Assembly (NCBI GenBank): GCA_051362555.1
Contig: CM120643.1
Location: 26,044,848 to 26,108,847 of the forward strand
From: Lingula anatina
Taxonomy: Eukaryota; Animalia; Brachiopoda
Direction: 5' to 3'
Length of the DNA: 64,000 nt
In this document: positions 53,575-64,000 of the stretch, in pieces
How the letters are laid out: each line of letters begins with the position of its first letter
Position numbering within the stretch: position 1 is the first letter of the stretch
Program-made: the position numbers and the translations under genes
The notes under the pieces: model-generated
What the model saw: the letters and a program-made list of their open reading frames with translations, nothing else
Databases searched by the model: none
What the model was told of the DNA's origin: nothing

Positions 53575-55693
53575 CTTGTTGCAGTCAGGACAGTGAAACT
53601 CTGCTGCCACTGCCTTCTGTTGCTGTGAGGGAGGTGCCAGGAGCACATGTTGGAGATTCTCATACCCAGTAACCTGGAATGTGTCCCTCTCTGTCTCCTG
53701 GTCCTGTGTGTCCTGTGTGTTCCCTGCCACACCCCTCTCTCCATCCATCTTACCCACCAGCCCTCCACTACCTACCCCTTCACTGGGAGATGAACTAGAC
53801 TGGTAGGCTATGAGGCCCTGTCTTCCTGATACAGGAGATGACCCCTCATCGGCTCGCACACCAGATCTACTTCTCCGTCCTTGCCCAGAGGAGGGGGACT
53901 TCAGCTCCTTGGCGTGTGTGTACAGATGATTCTGTAGTTCTCCACTGAAAAAGAATGACTGGCTGCACTGCGTGCATGCAAACTTCCTCAAGCTGTTCTC
54001 ATGCTCCAGGACATGGTTCTGAATGTCCACAGCCTGGTCGAAGGTCCGCTCACAGATATAACAGTGGTACCAGCCAGGCTCATAGGAGTGCTCTATCAGG
54101 TGGCACTGGAGCTTGGCTGGGGATTCAAAGGCACGTCCGCAGAGTCTGCAGTCCAGTATTGTCCCCTCCTGCATCATGTGTGTGGCCACATGGACCTGGA
54201 TCTCGTACTCAGTAGCAAACGACTGCTGGCACTTTATGCACTGGTAGGTCTTTTTGTTGTGTACAGTGGCATGGACGTCCAGTAAAGCCTGAGACTCAAA
54301 CTTGACACTGCACACCGGACACCTGTGCTCTTTCTTTACTTCTGCCTTCTGGTTGCCATAGTAACACAAGTTACACACAAAATATTCCCGTCCGCTGGAG
54401 TTCAACCTTGAGACCAGACTGTCCTTGGTTTCGTACGTTTTCAGACAGGCACAGCAGGTATAGAACTGAGGCGACATCTTGCACGGGTCCACATCCTGGT
54501 TGCCATGGTAACACTGCTTACAGATGTGGTACTCCTTCCCGCTGGCGTTGAGCTTGCTGACCATGTTGTCAGTGTTGGAGAAGATCTTCAGGCATACTCG
54601 GCAGGTGTAGTGCGTGGGCTGGGGGCTGCCTGCTCCGTTGCCATGGTAACACATCTTACAGACGTAATACTCCCTGCCACTGCTGTTCACCTTAGTGATG
54701 AGGTTCTCTTTGGAGTCGTAGCTCTTCAGGCACACACAGCACGTGAATGTGGCCAGGGTTTCCCTGAAATGATGACGCGCATGCATCTGGAGTTCTACAA
54801 CAGACGTCAAAGTCTGCCTGCACACAATACACTGCGTGCTGCCTCCCTTCACCCCATGGCTCTGGGTGTGGGAGTAGAAATGCTCCTCATTTCTCAGCAT
54901 AAGCCTGCATACAGCACACGTGTTGGCCTGGCCCACCTTGCAGTGACTCAGCTTGTGCTCAGCCAGAATGTTAACACTGGGGAAGACTTCATCACACACC
55001 TTACACTTATGACTGCTGGAGGTACCATGAGTCTTGGTGTGTTTCTCCAGTTCAGACTTGGTCTTGAAGGTCTGGTTACAGTACACACAGCGATGGGAGT
55101 ACTTCTCACTAGGAACCAGACTGTTCTGTGAAGATGACACCGATGTTGCCATGGAACCGGCTGATGAGACAGAAGCTCCTTTTTGGTATTTCTCCATGGG
55201 AGCTTTGAGACTGTGTTTGTAGACATAATGGTTTTGAAAAGACAGGTCATTGCTGAACTTGGCATCGCACAGTTCACACTGGTAAATCTCCCTCATTCTG
55301 TTACTTGACCTTGACCTGTGACCTTGACCTCCTTGGTGGTGGTGTTGGTGGTTGCTAAGCGACAGCTGCTGGTGAAGCTGCTGTACCAGCTGGGGACTGG
55401 GCAGAGCCATGACACTGCTGCTGAGATCAATCACATCTGAGTTGGAGTTGCTGTTCTCTTTCAGTTTCGGGGTTGGTGTTTGAGGAGGAGGAGGGGCAAC
55501 TGGAGATGCCAGTTGGGGCGTGGGAGCTGCGGAGCTGGTGGAATCAGCATGTTTGTCCTGGATGTGTTTGTCCAGTAGGAACTCCACGTGGAAGGCCTCA
55601 TTGCAGGCTGGACACATGAACTCCTTCTTGTGGCTGGTCAGGTGCATCTGGAGATCCAGTTCTGCTGAGAAACTGTCCTTACAAAAGAGGCAC
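53575..55693 (-). CDS. ZNF423: ZNF423-like large exon (2119 nt)
   Basis: (R)CLFCKDSFSAELDLQMHLTSH...; contains KTYQCIKCQQSFATEYEIQVHVATHMMQEG, FESPAKLQCHLIEHS and CSQSFFFSGELQNH, which match the ZNF423 C-terminal fingers. ccacAG acceptor; AAG|GTTGGT donor in phase 0. Confidence 0.9.
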
Positions 55694-55764
55694 CTGTGGA
55701 TGGTGGAGCAGAGATGTATGTAAAATATGTAAATCTAACAGGTTACTCAATGTCCATGTTTAAG

Positions 55765-55899
55765 GTTGAATTTTTTAATAAAAGGTCTGGAAGTATTGCT
55801 AGGTTTCTTTCATTTCTAAAGCTTTGTTCGCTTTGTTGAATTTTTAAATAAAAGGTCTGGAAGTATTGCTAGGTTTCTTTCGTTTCTAAAGCTTTGTTC
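55765..55899. repeat. Near-perfect tandem duplication, 70-bp period, two copies
   Basis: gttgaattt..taaaaggtctggaagtattgctaggtttctttc.tttctaaagctttgttc at 55765 and 55835. Confidence 0.9.
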
Positions 55900-56217
55900 A
55901 CACGGGTAACATGACAGTGGATATTTGTCACTACACTTACACATACTAATTACCTTGTTAAAGGAAGAAATCTTAAGACTACTTATTTGCCTCAAACAAT
56001 ATCCAGCAAGTATCTAACTTCTATACTCGTAAAAGGGAAGAAAATTCCCATCCCCTATAAAATGACCAAAATTAATATTCTGCAAAATGAAGGCATATGA
56101 CATCCATGTGATTTAATTTGTCAATGCAGAATGAAAACAACTAAAAGTGTAACCTAGCTACTGGGTACCTCTCTTCAGTTTGTATGTATTTAAGTAAAGA
56201 CCTAGTTCAATGATTAC

Positions 56218-56363
56218 CTATAAGGCTTGGTGATGTGGAGATGGTTAACTTTGACATGTAGTTGCCACTCCATCTCTGACCTGAATATCGTGGTACAGGC
56301 AGTACACTGGTACAGCTTACACTCATTACTGTGCTTGATAGCAAAGTGGACCTGGACATTCAC
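56218..56363 (-). CDS. ZNF423: ZNF423-like exon (not in ORF track)
   Basis: Manual translation VNVQVHFAIKHSNECKLYQCTACTTIFRSEMEWQLHVKVNHLHITKPY(R), matching the family motif [23 protein letters not shown]. ttttAG and GTAATC ends. Confidence 0.88.
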
Positions 56364-56540
56364 CTAAAAGTGACAATAATGATCACATTAGCCTAATATT
56401 GCCCATAATGATAACATTAAACTGGACCTGGAAATTCACCTGAAAGTGACAATAATAATAATAGTTATACCTGAAAGTGCCCATAATGATAAACATGAAC
56501 CTAATATTGCCCATAATGATAGTATTAACCTGAAAGCCCC
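56347..56540. repeat. Degenerate tandem repeat including a duplicated exon start and acceptor
   Basis: tggacctggacattcacctaaaagtgacaataat (56347) recurs as tggacctggaaattcacctgaaagtgacaataat (56423), followed by ~30-bp cct(g)aaagtgcccataatgata-type subunits. Confidence 0.8.
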
Positions 56541-56994
56541 CATGAAGAGAATCAAGTATGCTACACTGATAGTACCCATGCTAATTATCCTAGTACATTC
56601 ATTTATCTCAATGTGCTTTTAAAAAACTTTCAATCAATGTCCACATAAAAAGTTGATAGTGAAGCTCATATTTACAATTAAGCCAGTTTTTAAACTATAA
56701 GTAAAAATAATTTCAATGTGAAATATTTTCAAAAATGTCATGAATAATAAAATTATAGGAAATTAAAAAACTTAAACATGATCCTATAACTTAATTGGGA
56801 TTTTGAAATAAAAAACAGTTACGTCAGGCATAAATATAAGTAAATGAAAATATTGTATTTGTTAAATTTATAAAACCATGTCTACCACAAGAAACATAAA
56901 GTAAAATAAATAATTATGCTCAAGCTGTACACAAATTGAAGGATCACATAAATAGATTTAAAAGCTGTATGTCAGCAAAGTGGAGAAACCTTAC

Positions 56995-58143
56995 CTTGGA
57001 ATCAAAGGTCTCCTTACACAGAGAGCACCTGTACAGGTGATGTGCATGGATATCCATCAGGTGTTTCTGCAGCTCATCAGGCTTGGAGAACAGCTTCAGG
57101 CAGCTGGTACAGCCAAACTCCGTGGTCAGGTTCAGGTAGTGGGACAGAGAGTGGGCCTCCAGCTGGTCCTCAGAGGTGAAGTCTGACCCACACTGGTGGC
57201 AGATATGCAGGTGCCCTCCTTGGGACCCCTTGTCCAGGTGGGTCTGCATGTGGCTGGCGTAGGCATCAAAGGTGTCGAAGGAAGACAGACACTGGTCGCA
57301 GATCAGGGCGTCTGCTGAAGCGGTGGCATTGTTGGAGTTAGTAGGAGAACGGGATGCATTAGGGTGTGTGCCTGTGGATGCACGGCTCGTGTCGTCAAAT
57401 CGGTCACTGTTTTTATCCTTTCGTGAGCTCTTTCCGCCTGATTTGCTGCCCTTCTGGTGGACATACTTGCTAATGTCCGGCACTTTTAAAGAGGACCCCC
57501 CACTGTGGATCTTCTGGACATGATCAGCCAGGGTGGCACTGTTGGGAAAACCAGCGTTACACTGTGAACAGAATGCACTCTCACTGTTATCTGGGAGAAA
57601 GTTGTGCACATTATTCATGTGATATTCCAGTGCCTCACTCCCAGTGAAATCCATAGTACAGAACTCACAGGGGAAAATGGGTGTGGTACGGCCATCATGT
57701 GACAGTTGTATGTGCTCATTTAGGACATAGGATGATGGGAAGACAGCTCCGCAGTAATGGCAGTCGTAGATCAAGGTCGGCTTACCCTCATGCATTGTGT
57801 GAATGTGAATCTCCAGCACTTCCAAACTAGGGTACTTCTTGGAGCAGTACGGACAGGCGTTGTCCCCACCACTCTTCTCAGTGACACTCAAATTCACTGA
57901 TTTTGGTGTCAACCTGGGCCTCTTCGAGCTAGGAGCATCGTCAGAGATGCTGGGTGAGGTCATGACAGCATGACCCTTGATGTGAGTGCACAGGGCATCT
58001 GAGGAGTCGAAGGCTTCCTTGCAGACAGGGCAGACATGTTTGTCAGGACTCTTCTCTGAGTGCGCCTTGATCAGGTGTCTCTCCAAGTCGTTCCAAGTAG
58101 CAAAAGAATCCTTACACCGACTGCAGTGTAGTATCTCTGCCAC
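56995..58143 (-). CDS. ZNF423: ZNF423-like exon (383 codons, multiple C2H2 fingers)
   Basis: Within ORF 56944..58143; ends with GCTSCLKLFSKPDELQKHLMDIHAHHLYRCSLCKETFDSK (family motif DLQKHLLDMH...LY.C.LC.E.FDSK). Donor AAG|GTAAGG. Confidence 0.9.
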
Positions 58144-58430
58144 CTGAGAATATCAAAATAAAAATCAATCAAAGCTTTATAAATAAATAAATGAATAAAT
58201 TAAAGAATTAAAAAAATAAATAATGGCAGTAAACCAAAATTTATCTGAAATTTGCCAGTTTTATGTTGGACTTGTACTGCAGTGCAATATCTCTGCCGCC
58301 TGACAACATCAAAATGAAAATGAAACAAAGCTAATAAATAACAAATAAATAAATAATAAATAACAAAAATACATCTGAATTTATCTATAATTCCCCAGCT
58401 GTACACTGGACTGGTACGTAGGAGACCCAC

Positions 58431-58623
58431 CTTGTCATGGTCCTTGTTATTCTGCAGGTGCTCCTCGTCCACAGTAAACCCATCCTCAGACTGGCTGGTC
58501 TTGATGTGGCTGATCATGTGTGATGTGAGCGCAGCAGGAGTGGTGTACCCTCGATTGCACTCCACACACTGGTAAGGCTTGGCTGTGTCGTGGGTCTTCA
58601 TATGAATCTTCAGGTGGTCACTC
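58431..58623 (-). CDS. ZNF423: ZNF423-like exon
   Basis: (R)[39 protein letters not shown]...DHDK; tttctcAG and GTGGGT ends, phases 2 and 0. Confidence 0.9.
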
Positions 58624-58988
58624 CTGAGAAATGAAAAAAAAAACAAAAACATCAGGTCAAACCATGTTAGAACTAAATAAATGGGAAACAAAACTCCCAC
58701 ACAGTGACAAATCTTAGCTACCTAAGTTGCACTTCACTTAGATTCCCAGAGACTGCTTAGCTGGTGCTTTCTGCCATACTTTAGCCAAAAGAGCAGATTG
58801 TAATTACTCAGAGGTGACAATGTTGTCTATTAGTTCTGTCAGCTATATATATGTACACTGTAGGCCAATATTTATAAAGTACTATTAGACTACATAAGTA
58901 TATCAAAAAATCAAATAACGGCCTTCACCTATCCAAGTATAGCAGTCTTAGCTGAAGTCCAAAACTTTTCATAAAACACACCCCCTAC

Positions 58989-59128
58989 CTTGAGAATGCA
59001 GAGTCACAGTGCAGACACTTGTATTTCTTGTCCCCAGTGTGAAGTTTCACATGCCTGTCCCTGCTACGCTTGTGTTTGAACAATCTCTGGCAGAAGTCAC
59101 ACCTGTATGGCATCTGGTCACCATGAAC
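58989..59128 (-). CDS. ZNF423: ZNF423-like exon (not in ORF track)
   Basis: Manual translation [46 protein letters not shown]; [21 protein letters not shown] is a ZNF423/521 signature. AG/GT ends, phases 0 and 2. Confidence 0.9.
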
Positions 59129-61285
59129 CTGGGAAAGGTAAAAAATTAAATTTTGTGAAACCTAGCAAACAATTATGTCAACTGTGTCTGAAAGTTATGA
59201 AAATAACTTCTTCAAACTAGAGGTAAACTAGTTATTTCCACCACAACATTTCCTCTTGAAGGTATCTTGCTTGAGACTTATATATTTGGGTGGAAATGAC
59301 AAGTTAAGCGTTAAGTTTGTGATTGGTGCCACATACTTCAATGAAATGCAGCTGAAGTTCAGAACAGCTGGCATGGAAATCTCAAAATGAAGAACCTGGT
59401 CTGAATTGGTTCTAAAACTCAGACTATAATTATTCAACAAGTGGTGAAGTCATTAAATAAGCTACCAATGTTGGCAGCATAAAGTGATGTACATGTACGT
59501 GTATACACACATAATAAGTCCAATGCACCACCATAAAATCCCAAACATATTGTGTATTGATGACTTGCCCATAGTGTTGCATGCTCTAACTACCAATCAT
59601 CTGGAAACTGTTCAGACAGTTGCATGACCTTCAGCCCTTTCCCATTGTTAATGGGTTTAGAATCAATAACCTTGCTGTTGTTTTTACATAATCTTTGTTA
59701 TGTCTACCAGAGTTCTCCATTGGCCCGATGGGTTTTCATCTCAAGGGACGAGGTGTCTGATGCACTATATATCTGACATTATGGCATGCACGTACCTAAA
59801 GTTGTTAGACAAATTTGGTTTTCTGTAAATTAACACCCAAAAGTGACACTGGTTGGTGTTAGGTATTAATGGGTGTTGCAAACAAGGGCAGATTTTGTAT
59901 GTTGTCAACAAATTACCAAAAGCGTTAGAATCATGTTAAAAAATGACTTCCTTTTTTAACTTATCTTACATGCCATGAAGTCTCTTAACATTATTTTACT
60001 TCCTTATTGCTTGTTCTATGCCACTATGAGCTTTTTAAATGTTATGAGCCTAGATTGCCTGCCTTTCAAAACTTATTCTTACAAAAAGGTTAAATTTCAG
60101 GACAATTTCGTAAAGAACCTTACAGCTCAAAAACTGATCTGGCCTGAAATTGAAATTTTGGTTTGTCTCAGCACAAGGCATAATATTGGTCTCAAATGAA
60201 ATTAATTTGTGTCTTTCTTGATAAAAATAAAACAAACACAATATTTCATTTAATAGGACTATTACTCACTCATTTAGGGACAAAGCACACAAAAATCTTG
60301 ACCTAAAAGTTTAGACTTCAGGCACAATTTCTTTCGTTAAACTGTCCCAAAACCCCTGATCAGCAGGGGAGACGGAGAGTCTCAAGGCACACTGAACCAG
60401 AATTCCCACTCAGGATTTAAAAATAAATTTCCTCAGTTTACTTCCCACTTACACCAGAGACACAGCAGAAAATTTTTCCATATTGAAGTTCAGTGGAAAA
60501 GTTGATTGGAAATGGTCTCCAGGTCTCCCATGTATTGGGCTCTTCCATGTCATCCATCTCCAGCTGTCTGGCAGATAATCCTACGGGGAGTCCGATGATA
60601 AAGCCTTTTACATGTACAAAATATATACATATATGGAAAGGAGAAGGGCTAGATGGACTAACTCTAGGGTAGATTTTCTTTTAAGAAAGTGAAAAATTGA
60701 ATTTAATCAATGGTAAACTTGAGCAGTAAAAAATTTCCATTTTCCTCAGCAAAATAATTTTACATGGGTGAAAGATTTCTGGGTTATGCCTGATTTTAGG
60801 ATTTTCAGTCTTCATTTTGGTCATTTTGTCACATAGTCTTAATGTGGTGAGAAAATGCAAGCTACATTTTTAGGATTTTCACTTTTTACAACTTCCACCC
60901 ATGATCATATATTTACCATTGGGGTAAATTTCTCATGTAAACAGAAGCTCTGGTGGAGTGATAGAGAGACCTAAAAGGACTACTTTTATAATTGGCGACC
61001 ACAGTGGACTGTTGAGCCATTTACATTTTGTTATAAAATGTTCCCGTAACAAATGGACAAAAATTGCTAATTTAATTCCCAACCACTGGAGACTTCCCAG
61101 GGATGGAGGAACTGGAGTGTTTCTGGTTTGTGCCATAAACCATGTATGAACTAAATTCAAGATTACTTTTAAATATATCATAGAAAAAAATTTTAAAGAG
61201 ACTTTAAAAGAGAGTAAGATGCATCAAAGAAATATGTGCTCTACAAAGTCTGAAGAGACTTACTCCTGATTTTAGATCTTGGACA

Positions 61286-61339
<54 letters not shown>

Positions 61340-61999
61340 GAAGAAATCTGCTTATCCTACCATCCCTATTTCACCACAATTCCTGCTACTACCTAACCCT
61401 TTATTTCAACAGAAAAGTGGAGAGTCCTAGAACAAGAAGAAAACCCTAATACCTGAAACCAATATCTGAATTCACCAAACACACAAATTAAAGGACATTT
61501 TCATTAATTAATTCGTATTACACAAAGGACATTCAAATTGGTAAAGTGTACCAGTGACATGTAATACATGTTTGTAGCTTTAATTTCAGGAAGTAGACAG
61601 CATTCTTCTAGCTCAGTAATTACTGGGGAGATTGTATGATGGGGGGAATAATAATCAAACTGCCTACTTCTTTCAAGGTAATCTGTACTTGATTATCTGC
61701 TCAAAACAATTTTTAATTCCCGTGTGCTCTTGAATTTGTGAGATGTCATAGCTCCCACCTTGTTCACTGAGAAGGCTGAGAAAGTAATAACAGCATCGGA
61801 TACAGTAGGCTTCAGATAAACTTTCCTTTAAGGGGTTTTACCTTTAATTTCTGAATTGTCTGAGATAAAAGTTTGGCAGGATAAAAATGACTATGAAACA
61901 TATTCAAACAAATGCAGAATATCTTCAAGTACTAAAATATTTATCTTTTTTCTTTGAAACTGATATGGGGGACAGTCTGAGATCTGTTCCAGCATATAC

Positions 62000-62098
62000 C
62001 TGCTCATGTTTCTTCAGGTGGCTAAGACGTCCAAATGCCTTGTCACAGAACTGGCAGGCGTAGGGTGTGGTCTCAGTTACACCAAGGGTGTACGGCAG
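62000..62098 (-). CDS. ZNF423: ZNF423-like exon (C2H2 finger)
   Basis: ttgcttttccAG|...|GTATAT; [33 protein letters not shown] resembles the ZNF423/521 finger CQFCDKSF.RLSYLK.HEQ. Confidence 0.88.
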
Positions 62099-62545
62099 CT
62101 GGAAAAGCAAGATTTCAAGATACATCATGGTGCATGTTTAAAGCAAATAAAAATAATATTACATAGATACAGTGCTAGCAATGCATAAACGAAGCGAAAC
62201 TGGAGTGTAAAGACATTTTAGCCCCAAAAAATTTAATTATTAAGACATACACACATATATGTACGTAAATGTAAACTAGAAAGGTGCACAATTATTTTTC
62301 ACTGAGCCTAATATTATTCCCATTGTTTTAGGTGTTTCCTAATGCTAATTGTTAACATGTTCATCAATATATCTAGATATATGCTGCAGCCTATGCTGGA
62401 AGTAAAATGTTTTTCTGGTCTTTAAATGTAAACTAAAAAACTTAACTGGATGATACCTATCTGGGAAATGTAAATCTTTAAATCTGATTCAACCACACAC
62501 ATGGAAAAAGACAACCTAAACCTGATTGGACCATATATAAGTCAC

Positions 62546-62679
62546 CTGATCCTCTGGTATTCCAAGACAGGCTTCTCCTGCGTTTGTTGGACTTTTGCTA
62601 CCGTCCACGTCATGTGGTGACATCACAGGGGAGTTGCTACCACTGGTCTCACTGTAGGGGCTACGGTCTATACAGGTGC
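62546..62679 (-). CDS. ZNF423: ZNF423/ZNF521 (Oaz)-like, first coding exon identified in window (partial gene)
   Basis: ttattcccAG|GC...CAG|GTGAC; encodes (G)TCIDRSPYSETSGSNSP...IPEDQ. The exit phase (0) fits the next exon; the entry is phase 1, so an upstream exon is missing. Confidence 0.7.
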
Positions 62680-62700
62680 CTGGGAATAAAAATAACTTAA

Positions 62701-63028
62701 AGGGATAATAACTCTTCGTTTCGGCCAAAAAATGAATTTTCCTGGAGTAAACAACAAATTTCCCATACTTACTAATGGTTAATGAATCCATTTTTACATT
62801 CAAAGTTAGTCCCTGGTTTTTTTTCTAAAAAGTTTTTTTTTTTGTTAAAATCTCTTAACTGATTTTAACAGAGTATAGCCATCAATGGAGGTCACGTGGT
62901 CTAAAGACAAGCTCATATATCACAAAACTGCCGTTTTTGTGGTAAAACAGAAAATATTATATTTCTATGAGTTATTCACAATGTTTTTATTGTGAAATAT
63001 AGATCTCATACGAAGAGTTATTATCCCT
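62701..63028. mobile_element. TTAA-flanked MITE (Kolobok-like), copy 2
   Basis: TTAA|AGGGATAATAACTCTTCGT...ACGAAGAGTTATTATCCCT|TTAA, a perfect 19-bp TIR. Confidence 0.82.
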
Positions 63029-63106
63029 TTAAATAAATAACAGATCTGTTTTAAGTGTTTGTTTAACAAACCCTTCCATGTTTCTAATAAAATTGTACAA
63101 CAGGGA

Positions 63107-63161
<55 letters not shown>

Positions 63162-64000
63162 AACTCACACGCATATTTAGTGACCATATCAAGTAGAATA
63201 TCAAATAATTCATGAAAATATCACACTGTAGTTTGGGATTGTTATGTGGGTGGGTGCCTGGATTGAAGAAAATCTATAAGATATGTATGGAGTGATGGTC
63301 AAAACAAATTTTTTCCTCCATAAACACATTTAATTCTATTTTTCTACTGTCATGTTAGTCTTTATGTTTTTATATATGTGATTACTTTTTCCATGGGCTA
63401 TATCTGTTCAGCAATGGATCCTGATCTGTTGTATAATCTGTCAGTTCACAGTTCTCGATCCATACGTCATACTAAATCATAACAACAGCTTATCATGTAT
63501 TTCAGACAGTTGTATATTCAGTGTAGTTTGAAACTGTGACATAGCTGTAAAGAGTTGGATTTGTAATGAAGCTTTCAAATATATTATATATAATAACTGG
63601 TGATGGCACAGACTTGCTTAGTTCCACACATACTAATTGAAACATAAATTGATTTAAAAAACAGAAAAAAATATTTTGTAGACAACAAGCTTGTATTAAT
63701 CTATAAGAAGAGAGGAGTGAATTGATTCAAACAGAGATTTACTGCTACAGCAGTGAGGTGTCAACTTGTGCATATGGGTATGTGTTCATCAAAGCAAATC
63801 TTGTTTTATTTTAAAATCAAACTTAGTTTTACAAATTGTCAATGCAAACAGCTCAACTCAGTAACACCAGTAATGACAAAGGTACAAATCAGTAACAATC
63901 CAATTTACTGTCCTAGTATTTCAAGTGAACAGCTTCAACTGCATTAGATCATGTATCATCTGTATCCAGTCACTGGAGGTATATCAATTATAGCTAAGTA

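Noticed and set aside
53955-57523. Plus-strand and alternate-frame ORFs overlapping zinc-finger exons
   Set aside because: Antisense or shadow frames of GC-richer coding sequence with no recognisable motifs.
63385-63471. Possible further upstream ZNF423 exon on the - strand (YDVWIENCELTDY...)
   Set aside because: The splice sites are weak, the phase in this reading does not fit the phase-1 entry of the next exon, and there is no family motif.

Overview
This window is AT-rich animal genomic DNA with spliceosomal introns, probably from a marine invertebrate (a lophotrochozoan or mollusc is my guess, not shown by the sequence). It holds two convergent protein-coding genes. (1) A complete two-exon thyrotropin-releasing hormone receptor (TRHR)-type class A GPCR on the + strand (9769..10737 joined to 34710..35144, about 467 aa) is split by a 24-kb phase-0 intron. 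(2) The 3' ten coding exons of a ZNF423/ZNF521 (Oaz/EBFAZ) multi-zinc-finger orthologue lie on the - strand (62679..51212, about 1570 codons; the 5' end was not found). The non-coding DNA holds a 5'-truncated but uninterrupted Rex1/Babar-type LINE, an internally deleted hAT-like transposon just past the ZNF423 stop codon, many palindromic MITE-like elements, and micro/minisatellites. The most unusual feature is a ten-copy 45-bp tandem array made from a ZNF423 exon/intron junction, giving ten 5' splice sites and potential in-frame 18-nt micro-exons. The same gene also has a repeat seeded from a 3' splice site, a triplicated atypical C4 zinc finger and an extra C-terminal finger cluster. No prokaryotic systems (CRISPR, operons), rRNA or tRNA genes are supported.
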